Made by a program: the position numbers and the translations under genes. From Oopsacas minuta (Eukaryota > Animalia > Porifera), in assembly GCA_024704765.1 (NCBI GenBank), contig JAKMXF010000332.1, positions 292,018-356,017 of the forward strand: 64,000 nucleotides of DNA, in the 5' to 3' direction. The notes below the pieces were generated by a model. The model was not told the origin of the DNA. It saw only the letters and a program-made list of their open reading frames with translations, and ran no database searches. The first letter of the stretch is position 1, and each line of letters opens with the position of its first letter. Shown here piece after piece: positions 11,351 through 23,635 of the stretch.

Positions 11351-13427
11351 CAGTCAAACCTCCAATAGTGAACACCTCTCATTAGTGAACACCTCCAAAT
11401 AGTGAACACCATATTCTGGTCCCAAATATTTCCCTATCAATTAATATTTATAAGAACCTCTCTTTAATGAACACCTCTATACTGTGAATAGTGAACACCT
11501 TATTTGAACATTTCATAAGTATCTCAATTAGAATGAACCTCCAATTAGTGAACATGGGTCAGGTTTCTGAATACAAAATAAACAGTGTTATATGAAAAGC
11601 GTGAAAGGATAATGTCACATATGCATATACTACTAATAAGTTATCAATTGCCAACGTATAACGTACTAATACGTAGTTTAGAATTACTCTACCAACTCAG
11701 GTTATTTTAGCCATCTATCCGTGATGTCACTAAAAAGGAAAAATCTTACAATATCCGAAAAGCTCAATGTAATAGAATTTGCCTCAACGCACAGCCAGCG
11801 TGATGTAGCTGATCGATTTCGTATATCTGTGGGAGCCGTAAATAACATTCTTAAGAAGAAACAGGAAATCCAAATGGCTTGCGAAGAAAACTGTAACCCA
11901 CAAATGAAGCGAGTTAGATTGTCTAGTCATTGTGAAGTTAATGATCTTATTTGGCAGTGGTTTGTAACAGCTAGATCAAAGAATATACCAATTTCAGGAC
12001 CTATCTTACAAGCAAAGGGCATAGATTTTGCCGAACAACTAGGTATACCATTCAAAGCCTCTAATGGCTGGTTGGAAAAGTTCAGGTCAAGGTACAATAT
12101 GGCATTCAAGACACTATGCGGTGAAAGTGCCAGTGTTGATCCGGGGACTGTTGATACATGGAAGCAACAATTACATACTATAATAGGTGGTTACAGCCCT
12201 GAAGATATTTTCAATTGTGATGAAACAGGTCTCTACTATAAGGTTTTGCCAACTAAGTCTCTTGTAGAGAAAAACAAAATTTGCAACGGAACAAAGACGT
12301 CAAAGGATAGGTTGACAATTCTTTTGTGTGCGAATATGTCGGGTACGGAAAAATTGAAACTATTGATGATAGGGAAAAGTCAGAATCCTAGGTGCTTCAA
12401 ACACATGGACTTTAGTCAAATGCTGGTGCAATGGAAAGCAAACAAAAAGGCTTGGATGGATAGTAGTATATTTGGAGAATGGTTGAAGGATATCAACAAT
12501 AAAATGAAGCGACAAAAGAGAAAGATTCTTGTATTCATTGATAATGCTACAAGTCATCCTCATTCAGTATTTAGTAATATTGAGTTAAAGTTTTTTCCTG
12601 CAAATTGTACATCCCAATTACAGCCAATGGATCAAGGAATTATACAGTCTATGAAACTTTTTTATAGGAAGATCCTCTTAATGGATGTACTAAGCGAGTT
12701 GAATCTTGTGATTCTGGGCAAGGACTAATTAAATCGATCACAGTTAAGCATGCGTTGTATTGGGCAGCCCAAGCTTGGGAAAATGTCAAATCTGAAACTA
12801 TTCAGAAATGTTTCGCAAATGCTGGATTTGGTTTCTATGAACACGCAAATCTTGACCATGAAGAAAATATCCAAAATATGATTGATGATTTGTCTTCCAG
12901 TCTTGGAATCGAATGTTGTTCAGGAATTAACTTCATGAATATCGATGAAGAGGAACAATTACTGCATGCATATACTGATGATGATTGGGAAACACAGCTA
13001 ATAGAAAATTATTTATCACCAGCAGACAATGAAACATTAGAATTGGATGAAGAAAGCGACTCAGATATTCCAATCTCAAAAAGCTCCAACAGTAAAAGAA
13101 GTACTGTATTCATTGGATGTAATAAAGACATTCAGCAATAACGACAGTAAGGTGTTTGGAGCTGTAATGAAAGCTGAATCAGCAATCAAAGAGCTAATAT
13201 CAGAAGGAACATGTCAAAGGCAGTCAAAACTTACTGATTATTTGGAGAAAATTAATTAATAGCTAAAAACACATTAACATTGCATACTTAAATCATAATA
13301 CATTTCATATAGCTTATTAAAATTTCATTGTTATACTATTTCAATGTAACCTCTCATTAATGAACACCTCGCTATAATGAACAAAAAAATCGGTCCCGAG
13401 GGTGTTCACTATGGAGAGGTTTGACTG
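11351..13427 (+). mobile_element. Tigger/pogo element with TIGD-like transposase pseudogene (11721-13259)
   Basis: TIR CAGTCAAACCTC..ATAGTGAACACC at both ends, TA TSD. Encodes HTH_psq, CENP-B HTH (ASNGWLEKF), NCDETG, IDNATSH and LQPMDQGII. Frameshifts after 12700. Confidence 0.95.
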
Positions 13428-13429
13428 TA

Positions 13430-15052
13430 CCTCTATTCCACGACGATAGTACTTTTTGACAAGTGGATCGGGTATCTGCAAATCTTTCCATTCAAAATAG
13501 CAACTAAGTGACTGTCTCTAATACTTGAAATTTGGAACGGTGGTTTGTAGATTGGCTTGTCTTTCCTACCTGACATTTTCTTTTGTCTGGTCTTGTCTAG
13601 AAAAAGAAACATTTCCCCTTCTTGAAATATAGAGCTGTTGTAAAGTATAATGTTAGACAAATAATGAGATGTCAATAAACTAATATATCGAGCTTACTTA
13701 GTGGTTTGAACTTTTTTTCATACGATTTTTTCTACTTTGTCAGCTCAATGCCAATAATGCATTTCGTATCTTCTCCTTCTATGGTTCTTGTATGTTCCAA
13801 GTTTGATTGCCAATCAGTTGTATATATTTCATTGTCCATAGCCAAAGCAACTTCTATTTGATCATCCTGTACAATCAACTTCTTCATCAGAATCTGATTG
13901 TATACGTTTAATCGCCGAATTAGAGGCAAGTGGTTCAATTCACGACCAAACAGTAGTTGGAACGGACTGTTTCCAGTTGCTCGTTTCCTATGAATATTAG
14001 CTGACAAACAAGCAAGTTGTAGTTTACTTGGCCACTCGGAGTTGTTGTCAAAAATGTATTTTGCAAGATTTCTAAATATACATAATAAATACATAATTCC
14101 AGTAAATCGTTATCTCATACCTTTTAATAATTTTCTTGTGTGCCTCGACTAACCCATTCGTCTGGGGGGTTAGGCATTTGCGGAACGATCATTAACATTG
14201 AGTTCCTGGTGAAAAGACTTGAATTCCTACAAATAAGGTATTATTTATTAAACAATAGTTAAGAAAGAAGGTTTCAACTGCATCTTAAATCTTACTTACC
14301 TTACTTGTAAATTCTCTCCCCTGGTCATGTTGTATAATAGCTGGGACATCAAAAATGAGGTAAATTTCGGTGAGGACATTGATTACTGCCTTTGTTGTCT
14401 TTTTTTAAGGGTCGAGCAACAACAAACTTACTTAAATAACAAGCAACAACGAGTATATGCTATCCCAATATGATGCCAAGGGCACCTGGGAGCTGGAATG
14501 GGTCGCAATTTAAGGGTATTTTAGGAAGACTGAATGATGTCAGTTGACAATGATGGAAAGAATTGATCTAAATTAATCTGTTAAATATAGTAATTCTTAA
14601 TTAAATGGAAATATTGTAAACTACGTATGCACGAATATCCTCATTCATATTTCTCCACACGTAATACCGTAGAATCATAGAAGTAGTGATATTTATTCTA
14701 CAATGTTCTGGGTCATGGTAGAGTTTGATGATATCCTGTACTTCGTCTGATTTTGGACAGCATAACAAACGTTCATTTCCGTTTAATTTGTGGATCTATT
14801 ATAGGCCATATAAAATTTATACATCATCACTCATTCTAATTTTCATTACAAACATGACGCACTCATTGTTACATCGAAGTGTCCTGGCTCCCTGCAATAT
14901 ATAACTAACCTTACATAACATGTTTCCATCTCCTAATTGATAGGAAGAAGCCCGTCTCTTGAAACTTTGTCGAACTGATTCGTATGTAATTCACTTGGAA
15001 TGACTCCCTTCTCCGTAAATTCTTTGATTTTGTTGTATTCCACAATTTCCAT
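13430..15052 (-). pseudogene. spliced DDE integrase/transposase of Ginger B
   Basis: ATG at 15052; GT-AG introns 14796-14909, 14568-14624, 14227-14299, 14072-14120 and probably 13635-13697. Motifs YHDPEH..W..M.EDIR.Y|IN..HHCQ, PWHHIGI, HDQGREF...PQTNGLVE (D35E after a 1-nt correction), SPFQLLFGR and a GPY/F-like segment ending PIHLS. Confidence 0.85.
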
Positions 15053-16575
15053 ACTAATTTTCGAGTTGGAAATTATATAAATCGAAAAGGGTATATCATA
15101 AATATCAAATCAATACACTAAACAAATATTCTAAAGAAAATAAGTATGCATGATCATTGATGTATAATAGAAAGTATACAATTATGAAGCCATAAATAGA
15201 AGGTAGTTAAACCCTCATTGTTGTGAAGTATCCATGGTTGTTATAATAGGAGTAGTTGAATCCTCATGCAACATGGCTAAATAGGGCTTACAATACTGTC
15301 ATACATAGCTTAATTATTGAGGAATGTAGTTGCTATGATATACATCTGAGTAATATCATGATTAAAACGGTATGTATTGGACCAACATGAGCCATTCAAA
15401 ACGCTTAGCTTTGCTTTGGTCCTGTTATCATATATACGATGTTTCAATCAGATAACAAGTATGTTATGGGAACATCATTGTCACGCAATCCTTAATTTCT
15501 AGCTACGCCTAGGACCTTCCACAACTAATTTTGCTGTACATAACTGCTGAGTGTGCTCTTCAATAGCCTATGGTTCATCCAATTTTGCCACGTAAATATA
15601 CGTATGAAGATAAATTAGTGAGTTAGTAACAAAATATGACTAGCCATCAATCTATTTTACTAAACCTGTTCATGTGGCTATGTGCGTTGCATAACTAACT
15701 GCAATCCTCTAACTAATGTTTTCTAATCCAATGAGAAACTATAGAACGCTATAATCAGGGAGTAAAAGGTACTTCTTAGCACTCATATAGCTTGTCCCTT
15801 TCTTAATTTGTTCAGGACTTCTGGTACACGAGTCATTTTATTCTCAAAATAGTCTGAATCATAGCCTACTAAACATAAGGCCATTTCACTGAACTAGTGA
15901 ATGTCCATTACCATGGATAGTGTGGGTTTCTAAACAACAGTTGACATAGAAGATAATGAAAAGTCATCCATAGTGGTGCCGGCCCTGTATTATTTATATC
16001 TCGAGCTTAACCAGATAACACAGAACTGTCTACACGATGATAGATATATAGCAAAGGATTTTGTGGGCCTGAAATTTCCAAATTTCTATTTTAAAAATTA
16101 TTTACAAATACTGATTGATTAATTATTTATTGTTAGGAGATTAAACAGGAACCTATCCAAATGTTAGTACAATCGACTAGGCTTAATCTCCAAGTGATAT
16201 TCTTTCTTTATGCCAGCAACAGCCTATGAGAAGTAGATCAGAAATCGATAGACATTTTAACAACAGTGTCATTTATTCCATCAATAGAATTTTCTTGTAT
16301 CGCTATGTTTTCCGCTAGCAAATTGTGTAGTGTATCAGAGCCCTCCATTGGTATTCTCTCTCCAGTTCTTGGAAATAATGAGATCCTTCACCCTTCAAGA
16401 TGACTAAGTACACTTTCATGGTGTCCAATATGGTTTTTTCGGCTAGAATTTCCTCTCGTCCATATATTATTTATAGTTGGAAATGGATCAAAGCTATAGT
16501 CGTTACTTTTGATAATCCATGGTGTAATTTCATAGAGAAATATATCATCTTGTTAATACAGTAGGTGAATTCGTT

Positions 16576-16794
16576 TCATTGCTCATTGCCTTGTAATAAC
16601 TTATAGACAAAAATTAAATGCATCGTATATGTCCACAATATACGCCAACCAGCAATCCTTTGATCATCGCTACACTTTTCTTGGAATGTGGGATCCTTGA
16701 CAGTTGTTAAAAATTCAGATATTTCTTCTCTCAAGACAAACAATCGTTTCAGGGCTATTTCTTTTGAAAGCCACCTGACTTGAGTATCCAGCAA
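16576..16794 (-). pseudogene. hAT (Buster/ZBED5-like) transposase fragment
   Basis: TQVRWLSKEIALKRLFVLREEISEFL matches the hAT TEVRWLSKG motif, also seen at about 56365. Confidence 0.6.
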
Positions 16795-18129
16795 AAGAAG
16801 TTATAACTGTATAAAGTATTTTTTCGTTGGCATATTTCGTTAAATATTGTTCACAATTTCTCAAATTGCTTAATTTGTTACATAATACATTGAGGCTTAA
16901 ATTTTAGCAAACATTTTCTTCTTATTGGGTTGAAATAAATTGTATTAGCAAGTTATGAAGGTTTTCCTATTCTCAAGCGCTTATTCAAGCCCGGAATCTA
17001 ATTTAGGGAAAAGCGGGAGTCCTCTATAGTAACTGAGGGAATTATTTTCGTTAATTTGTGTGCTTATATACACTAAACCTGAAATATATGTTCTAATTTG
17101 GTAGACTAATCATCCCTGATTTATTGACACCCTCTGATGATATGTGGTCCAGCCAAGTTTAGGGTATCCAATAGGGTATATTTTATAGCATCTATTCATA
17201 ATCCTGCTTCGGTATTAAGCCAAGAACAGCCGAAACAGGTGCTAGGTCTTTTTGGCTTGAAATTGATTTCCAATAATTATAACTATTGAGGATGGATTCG
17301 AATCGCCCGCCGAAACTTTGGTTATTTGGCGCATGTGAAATGATTATACTTCTCCCTGCATTTCAGACAGCCTCATATATATATTTCATATCGGCGCCCC
17401 TGATCATTAGATAATTTATTTACGACTTAATGTATATCATTACCGACTCCATGCAAACAAAAACAAGTTGTTTTCAGTATCGGCTGACTAAATTTCATTC
17501 AAACATGAGAATACTACTGGAAGTTTTAGGACTACATATTATAAGGTATGTAATTTGAAATGACCCTATTGAATTATCCCCTTTAGCTTTTTAGACCTAT
17601 CTTCTTCTATAGCAACTAAAATAGGATTTTTACAAATGGCACCCAGTCGTTTAGGTATCATGAATATTTCTCATGTATTTTTGCAGAAAAATTAGGATAA
17701 ATATACTTATATAATCTAGAGTACATAGAAGTAGACTGTCAGCCACGACACAATGGTTTTGACAGGTATACATTTGTGACTCCTGTGATGAGGCGAAACA
17801 TGGCATAATTCATAAGATTTTTGAACCTCAAAGATAAAATCAATTTTTGTCGAAATAAGTATGTTAGAATCTTAGACATGAGTAAAGTAATATTTCCCTA
17901 TTGGAGTAGTTGATCCGACCATTTATACATATATTGATCCTGTAAATTCCAAAGGAACCATCAAATTCCAATCTCTTCTAATTTTCTATACTTGAATGTC
18001 TATCCTGAACAATTCTGAGGAATAAACCTGAGTAGCTAATTTGATGTTTTCCCCAACTTTACAAGATATTAAGAAATTTTTACATAGTTTTATGCTACTC
18101 TCAGGAATATGAGTTTTATTTGCTAATTC

Positions 18130-19280
18130 GCTTGCTGTATCGCTGTGCGACAACTTAGTGCCTCAGGTTAGCTTATATATCAAACAACTAATGTATCTTG
18201 ATGCTTTTAGTCGTTAACGATCGGAAATACTCGGCCTTACGTGCTTCGAGGTTAACTTTTTGCGGAAACTTTGATTCTCCATGGTCCATCAAAATTCCAT
18301 TTCAAAGCCTTTTGTGGTAACACCCGATGTGCTCCATGACTTTGGTTGGTATTCTGGCCATTTGTGTCTAACGTGCATGAAATCCTCAAAATATCAGAAA
18401 TTTACGTAATAATCCCATGATGACTTAGCCTTTCGTCAAATGCATGAGGTCCAGACATTTGGCATATTAGGGGTACCTGTGATTCAAACTTCAAACTTTT
18501 ATCATGTATATTAGATGAGCTGTGGCCAATAATATGATTTTTCAAATACAAAAGGTGGAAATTACGTCATTATTTCGTCATAGGTATTAATTCTCGCCCA
18601 AGATTCGAACTTGTCCGAGCCAGGCCAAAAATACCCCTGTATTCCAAAAATCACGATACACACTGCGTTTTAATAGTATAGATTCTGCATTTATGCTTTT
18701 AATAAATATTTCGTTTAGTATGGATTATTTTCTCCATTTAAGTATTTTTTAGCTAATGTATTGGCTTACGGTATTTGAACTTTTCGAATTTTGTGGTTTT
18801 GGTCTGGCGCGGCTCCAAACCATGTTTCATCAACCTAAAAGGTCCCCATTTTCTAGACATCTTCCAATACTTCATATTCACAAGTCCTGGTGATGGTTAA
18901 TGGGATATTACGAAATATTTGCCAAATTTTCCCGTCATATATTTTAGCCATTATTCACCTTGATCTCTAAATATTCCATTTTATATTTTTGGTTATATAC
19001 ACAGATTGTAGTTATATACACAAACTTATCTATATACACTGGTTGCAAGCCAACTTTCGATTATGGAGTCATAGTGCCCTTTCTAAGAAGACGTGACGTA
19101 TATTTGGCCATATCCCAGAAAGTGCTCACCCAATCAAAAATCTTTCTTCAGAACGTGTAAATACTAGCCGTTCGAAAAATATGGACCATTTATGTTGTCG
19201 AACCTAAATCTCTGTGTGGGAAAACATGAGCTATACCTCAAAGTTTGAATAGTTTGAAGATTTTGTGACAAATTAATTGA
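18130..19280. repeat. unclassified dispersed repeat
   Basis: The segment AAGATTCGAACTTGTCCGAGCC..AAAATACCCCTGTAT recurs at about 22770-22815 and partly at 59918-59941. Segment 18131-18310 recurs inverted at about 20590-20790. Confidence 0.45.
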
Positions 19281-19932
19281 CCAAAAAACAGAATGTGAAA
19301 GACAAAACGTATACTTCACGTAATAGCTTCATTCAATGCATATATGCAGAGTAATGGTCTAATTCCCGAAGCTGTAGTGCAATATTTGATTTTGACATAA
19401 ATTGCATTTCCAATTTGTAATATTCGATAGCCAATGGGAATATATTTTGTTGATGTTTTGAATACTTATAGTAAGATTGTTGGTAGTCTAATTTGCAACT
19501 TTAAAATCCCTAATTCTTCATATTTAGGACAAAATTAAGTATATTTATGTAATCAGTAAAATAGAGTGGATTCTCGAACTATAACTTTCTTGTATCATTA
19601 AAATAGAGAATCATCACAGAGTAGGTAATACTTGTCGATTAGCATTAAATATGTCCCATTTTCTTCTTCTTTGACGGCATACAGTCAACTCGCTTAATTC
19701 ATGATGACATTCAATTATAGAGACTTCCTTCATCAAATTTTCAATTTTTCGATGCTCATTTTCAAATTCCTCATATGATGGAATATATTGTACTTCGGAA
19801 TCTGATTCCGCACCAGCTTTACATCAATTTACCAACATTTTGTTCTCTAGTGTAACTGTTGTTTTGTAATTTGTACTTTTATGCTAGGAATTTTCTCGAT
19901 TATGGGTTTAATCATATAATATATCTGTCTAG

Positions 19933-20462
19933 GTAAGACTGTGGAAATAAACAATCCCGATGCTGAAGGCAGACTTATTCTTGCCGATGGGGTTGCTTAT
20001 GCTGAAAAGAAATTGGGATCCGATGTTATCTTTGATGTGGCTACACTTACTGGTGCTCAAGGACCGACTACTGGTAAATATCACGGAGCAATTCTATCAA
20101 ATTCTGCAGTTTGGGAAGCAAAAGTGTTGAAGGCTGGGAGAATCACAGGGGACTGCGTCTTTCCAATAGTCTACTGCCCTGAGTTACACCTTTCAGAATT
20201 TAACAGTGAAATTGCAGACATGAAAAATTCGGTAGCTGATTATCACAATGCTACTTCTTCTTGTGCTGGTCTATTTATTGCTTCTCATTTGTCCACAAAA
20301 TTCTCGGGCTCATGGGTGCACATAGATATGGCTGCAACAGTAGCGTCGAAAGAACGAGCAACTGGATATGGCGTCAGTTTGTTAGTTGGGTTGTTTGGTT
20401 CTGAATCAAATTCTAGCTATCTTAAGTTTATTAGCACATCATATGATACTAACCTCACTTAG
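19933..20462 (+). CDS. NPEPL1: probable aminopeptidase NPEPL1, terminal coding exon
   Basis: Acceptor TGTCTAG|19933. Encodes KTVEINNPDAEGRLILADGV..DVATLTGAQG..YCPELH.SEF..ADMKNSVA..SSCAGLFIASH..WVHIDMA..ERATGYGV, stop TAG at 20460-20462, no internal stops. Confidence 0.92.
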
Positions 20463-23147
20463 CTAATATTATCATTATTGATAATCTTTGATATTTTTAG
20501 AAATTATGAGAGATATTACACCTTATTTAGGAGATTATGGCAATAGTGAGGGGAAGTGCCCAACATACTAACCTAAAGCCACGTAAAAGTTGCAGTATTA
20601 TCACAGTTTCCATTGTATGGAATTTGGATGGACCATAGAATAAATAGATATTAATAAATAAATTATCTTTGATACACCTAGTGCCGAGTATAATACCCAG
20701 CCGCGTAGCGACCCAAACCATCAAAAGATTTAGTCATTTAATACCTGAGCTAACCTGAGGCACTAGGCTGTCACACAGCGATCTAGCAAGGAAGCGCGCT
20801 AGTTATCATTAGTTGCAAGTAGTTTATTGGTCTAAAATCTTTCCTATTGGTAAAAAATTATCCTAAGGGGCTTAGATTTGCTATATAGTTTCCAAAATCT
20901 AAACCTATGCACAGTATTACATCACAAAAATACGCAAGTTGTAAGTTGTTAGCTGTACTAGAAATATAAGTGCTAAATTTTTTGATTCACGTATAGGTAA
21001 TATATTTATATTTGGATATATCGGTAACTTGTAAATTTTGAATTCTAATTAATTTATGCTAAGAAATGGTTGATCTCTATTATAATATTGGATGCTGCTT
21101 TCTGGCTCTGTGACTCCATACTCTGACAATCATACCCTCCCATCTTTATATCTGTAATCATCGGATAATAGTTTATAATCATTCTGCTCGTCATATACGT
21201 ATATCCTCCTTCTAATCCAGGGATGGCGGCAGGTCTTGCCCTGCAAGGGGGATAAAATTGATTCTGAATTTCAGCATGTACACAACTAAGCTCATGTAAG
21301 CTTATGTACAAGGATGACGTCATGTCCTCCCGCCCTATACTTTTGTATTATTTTGGAGGGCACTATAGTTCCAACGTTGACATGTGTCCACAGAAAGTAG
21401 CGCCTATGAATTTAAGTGTCCACTACCATTACCTCTAGGAAATTATTCAGTATGAAGATCTAGATAACGAAATACATTACTACTGGCATTACAAAATACT
21501 AATCTTTAGGATGTCAGTCCGTAGTTGTGACAACGCGACATTACCAAATATCGAGATGATGATTCCTGTTTTCGAGCAAATTCATAGATTGAATTCTAAC
21601 CATTTACTTCACTGTAGTCCACGATCAGACTAATAATGTATATATCAATTTATCTTTTCTTTCAATGATTTCCCCCTCGAATTGCTAAGAATTCCCAGTC
21701 CCCTCTAGCACAACCCCAGATCTAATCATCAAACATAATTACCTTCTACAAATCGAATCTTTTACGAAATAATCAATAACAAATTAATGAAATCTCTTGG
21801 TAGTAGTTGCAACATATAAGAATTTTTCTATAGAAATGATTTTAGAAATCTCAAAGTTTTAGTGAAGTAACCAGTTTTTTGAGCTCTTATCAAAGATGTC
21901 CGTGAATATACGGAAGCCTGGGATTGGCAATCCGAATTAAGAATTTGTTAAACTTTGTTCAATTAGTGTGGTCAGCCGTTACGGGTATACTTTTTACTAA
22001 CTATAAAGTTTTGTGGCAAAATTCAAAATATAATCTTAACCCAATGGCAACTCCGCAAAATGCGGCCTAAATAGGTCAAAAATGAATGTATTAAGGCACC
22101 GCAATATTCAAAATTACTCTCCTATAACCGAATACAACCGAAGTGCTACGTTCGTAGTTAAAAGAAAAATAAAATTTTGTCACTTCGTTTAACCAATTTC
22201 CGCAGCAAAACCCGAGACTTTAGCATTATTGTGAAGTCATCAAATCACACATTTTACCAACAGTATTCGATTCATAGTTATGTTTCCAGTCCAATTATCC
22301 ATAAAATTAACAACTTATATCAGGCTCAGTATATAAGTTGTACTCCAGGTTGTCTTAAGTAGAGCTAAATTTTAGTGTTATTGGTCGCTACGTGACAGAA
22401 TATATTCTGCACCACGTCCCTCGAATTCACAGATTATAAGATTTTATTATCCATCGTCCATCCAAATTTCATTGAATGGCCTTCTGTGTTTACATTGGGG
22501 GTGCTAAGTCGCTTTGGTAAGTAATTTTGGCACTTTATGCCTCGAGTATTAAGAAATTATGAAAAGCGAAATTTGGAGCCATAATGATCCAATAATCTAA
22601 TAATGAATTAGCTTTTATCCGAATCATCACGTTAGGACATTTGTCACATTGAGGGTACCTGTGATTCCACTTTCAAACCTTTATCATGTATATTGGTTGA
22701 GCAGTGAGTAATGGATTTTCGAAAATCGCAAAAGGTGGCAATTACGTCATACGTGTGAATTTTCATCCAAGACTCGAACTTGTCCAAGCAAAGCCCAAAA
22801 TACCCCTGTATGCCATAAATCTTCCCTGAGGGTCCTCCAGTTTCTTTATTCAATTCTGGGAATATAAATACATATATATATACATACAGTAGAGTCTCCG
22901 AATAATGCACAAGTTGGCGACATGGTATCTGTCGGTTGTAGAGAATTGTCAGCTCCTCGGAGACTCTTAATTCGTAATTACATGTTTGGTAAATTCAATC
23001 CGTGCCACTAGGTTTGTTTGTTGTAGGGGGTTGTCCGCTTTTCGGGGTATTCGTTTATGAGACTTCACTTTACTATGAATTAGTCAATTTACCATTTGAG
23101 TAGCTTGCGTGGACTGTTAATTGTTTATCCAGGCTATATAAAATGAC

Positions 23148-23325
23148 CTAGAACAACATCCAAGCATGTATGACTACTAATCCAGGAGAAAATCCCGCTT
23201 CAACAAAGCAAGGAGTGCCTCAAATTAGCTAGAACAACATCTAAACAGGTATAGCCACTTATCGAGGGTAATACCCACTCAACAAAGCGAGGAATGTCAT
23301 AGTAGAACTAGAACAACATCCAACC
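23148..23325. repeat. degenerate 79-81-bp tandem repeat (2.3 units)
   Basis: CTAGAACAACATC at 23148, 23229 and 23308; TCAACAAAGC(A/G)AGGA in the first two units. Confidence 0.6.
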
Positions 23326-23635
23326 AGTACTAAATAACCTCTGTAGACAGATATTTTCCTAAGCTGTAGAGATATGTCTCACTCTCAATTTCAGCTTCAG
23401 TTTAGCATTAGTGTTCGAAATAATATTTTATACAAGTTGCCAATATTATTTCTTGGTAAACAAATACATTTGCAATAAAATTGAATTTGCCATAACACTA
23501 TTGCTTTCAATCCTAAGACTTTGTGCATTATCTAGATTATCCATTAGTTTAATTGACATCTAGAAATACTAAAATTCGGTTTGGGGATGGTCATTGAATT
23601 TATGAACCATACTATTTACACATTATAATATACAC

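Larger units (their letters stand above)
3682..15052 (-). mobile_element. Ginger-like DNA transposon B (spliced integrase + OTU), interrupted by Tigger and mariner; termini not defined
   Basis: Colinear minus-strand integrase exons (15052-13430), linker and OTU (10700-10322 plus 3864-3682) once the nested elements are excised. No RT or RNase H upstream of the ATG at 15052. Confidence 0.75.
2512..19932 (+). other. NPEPL1: 17,421-bp phase-1 GT-AG intron of NPEPL1 filled with nested transposons
   Basis: Joining 2511 (G) to 19933 (GT AAG ACT GTG) restores YSG-KTVEINN in frame, the contiguous sequence of NPEPL1 proteins. Confidence 0.85.

Noticed and set aside
7570-15052. Interpreting the integrase fragments as decayed Gypsy LTR retrotransposons
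   Set aside because: They have their own ATG, no RT or RNase H, multiple spliceosomal introns, and TIR plus 4-bp TSD for element A.
15258-15273. Candidate right terminus of Ginger B (GAATCCTCATGCAACA, similar to the end of A)
   Set aside because: I found no matching left TIR or TGGC TSD between 2512 and 3680, so it is not called.
17690-18120. Stop-poor minus-strand reading frame
   Set aside because: It has several stops and no recognisable motif, so it cannot be assigned.
23148-23325. Mini-CRISPR interpretation of the 80-bp periodic motif
   Set aside because: The repeat is only 13 bp, the spacers are partly homologous to each other and there is no cas context.
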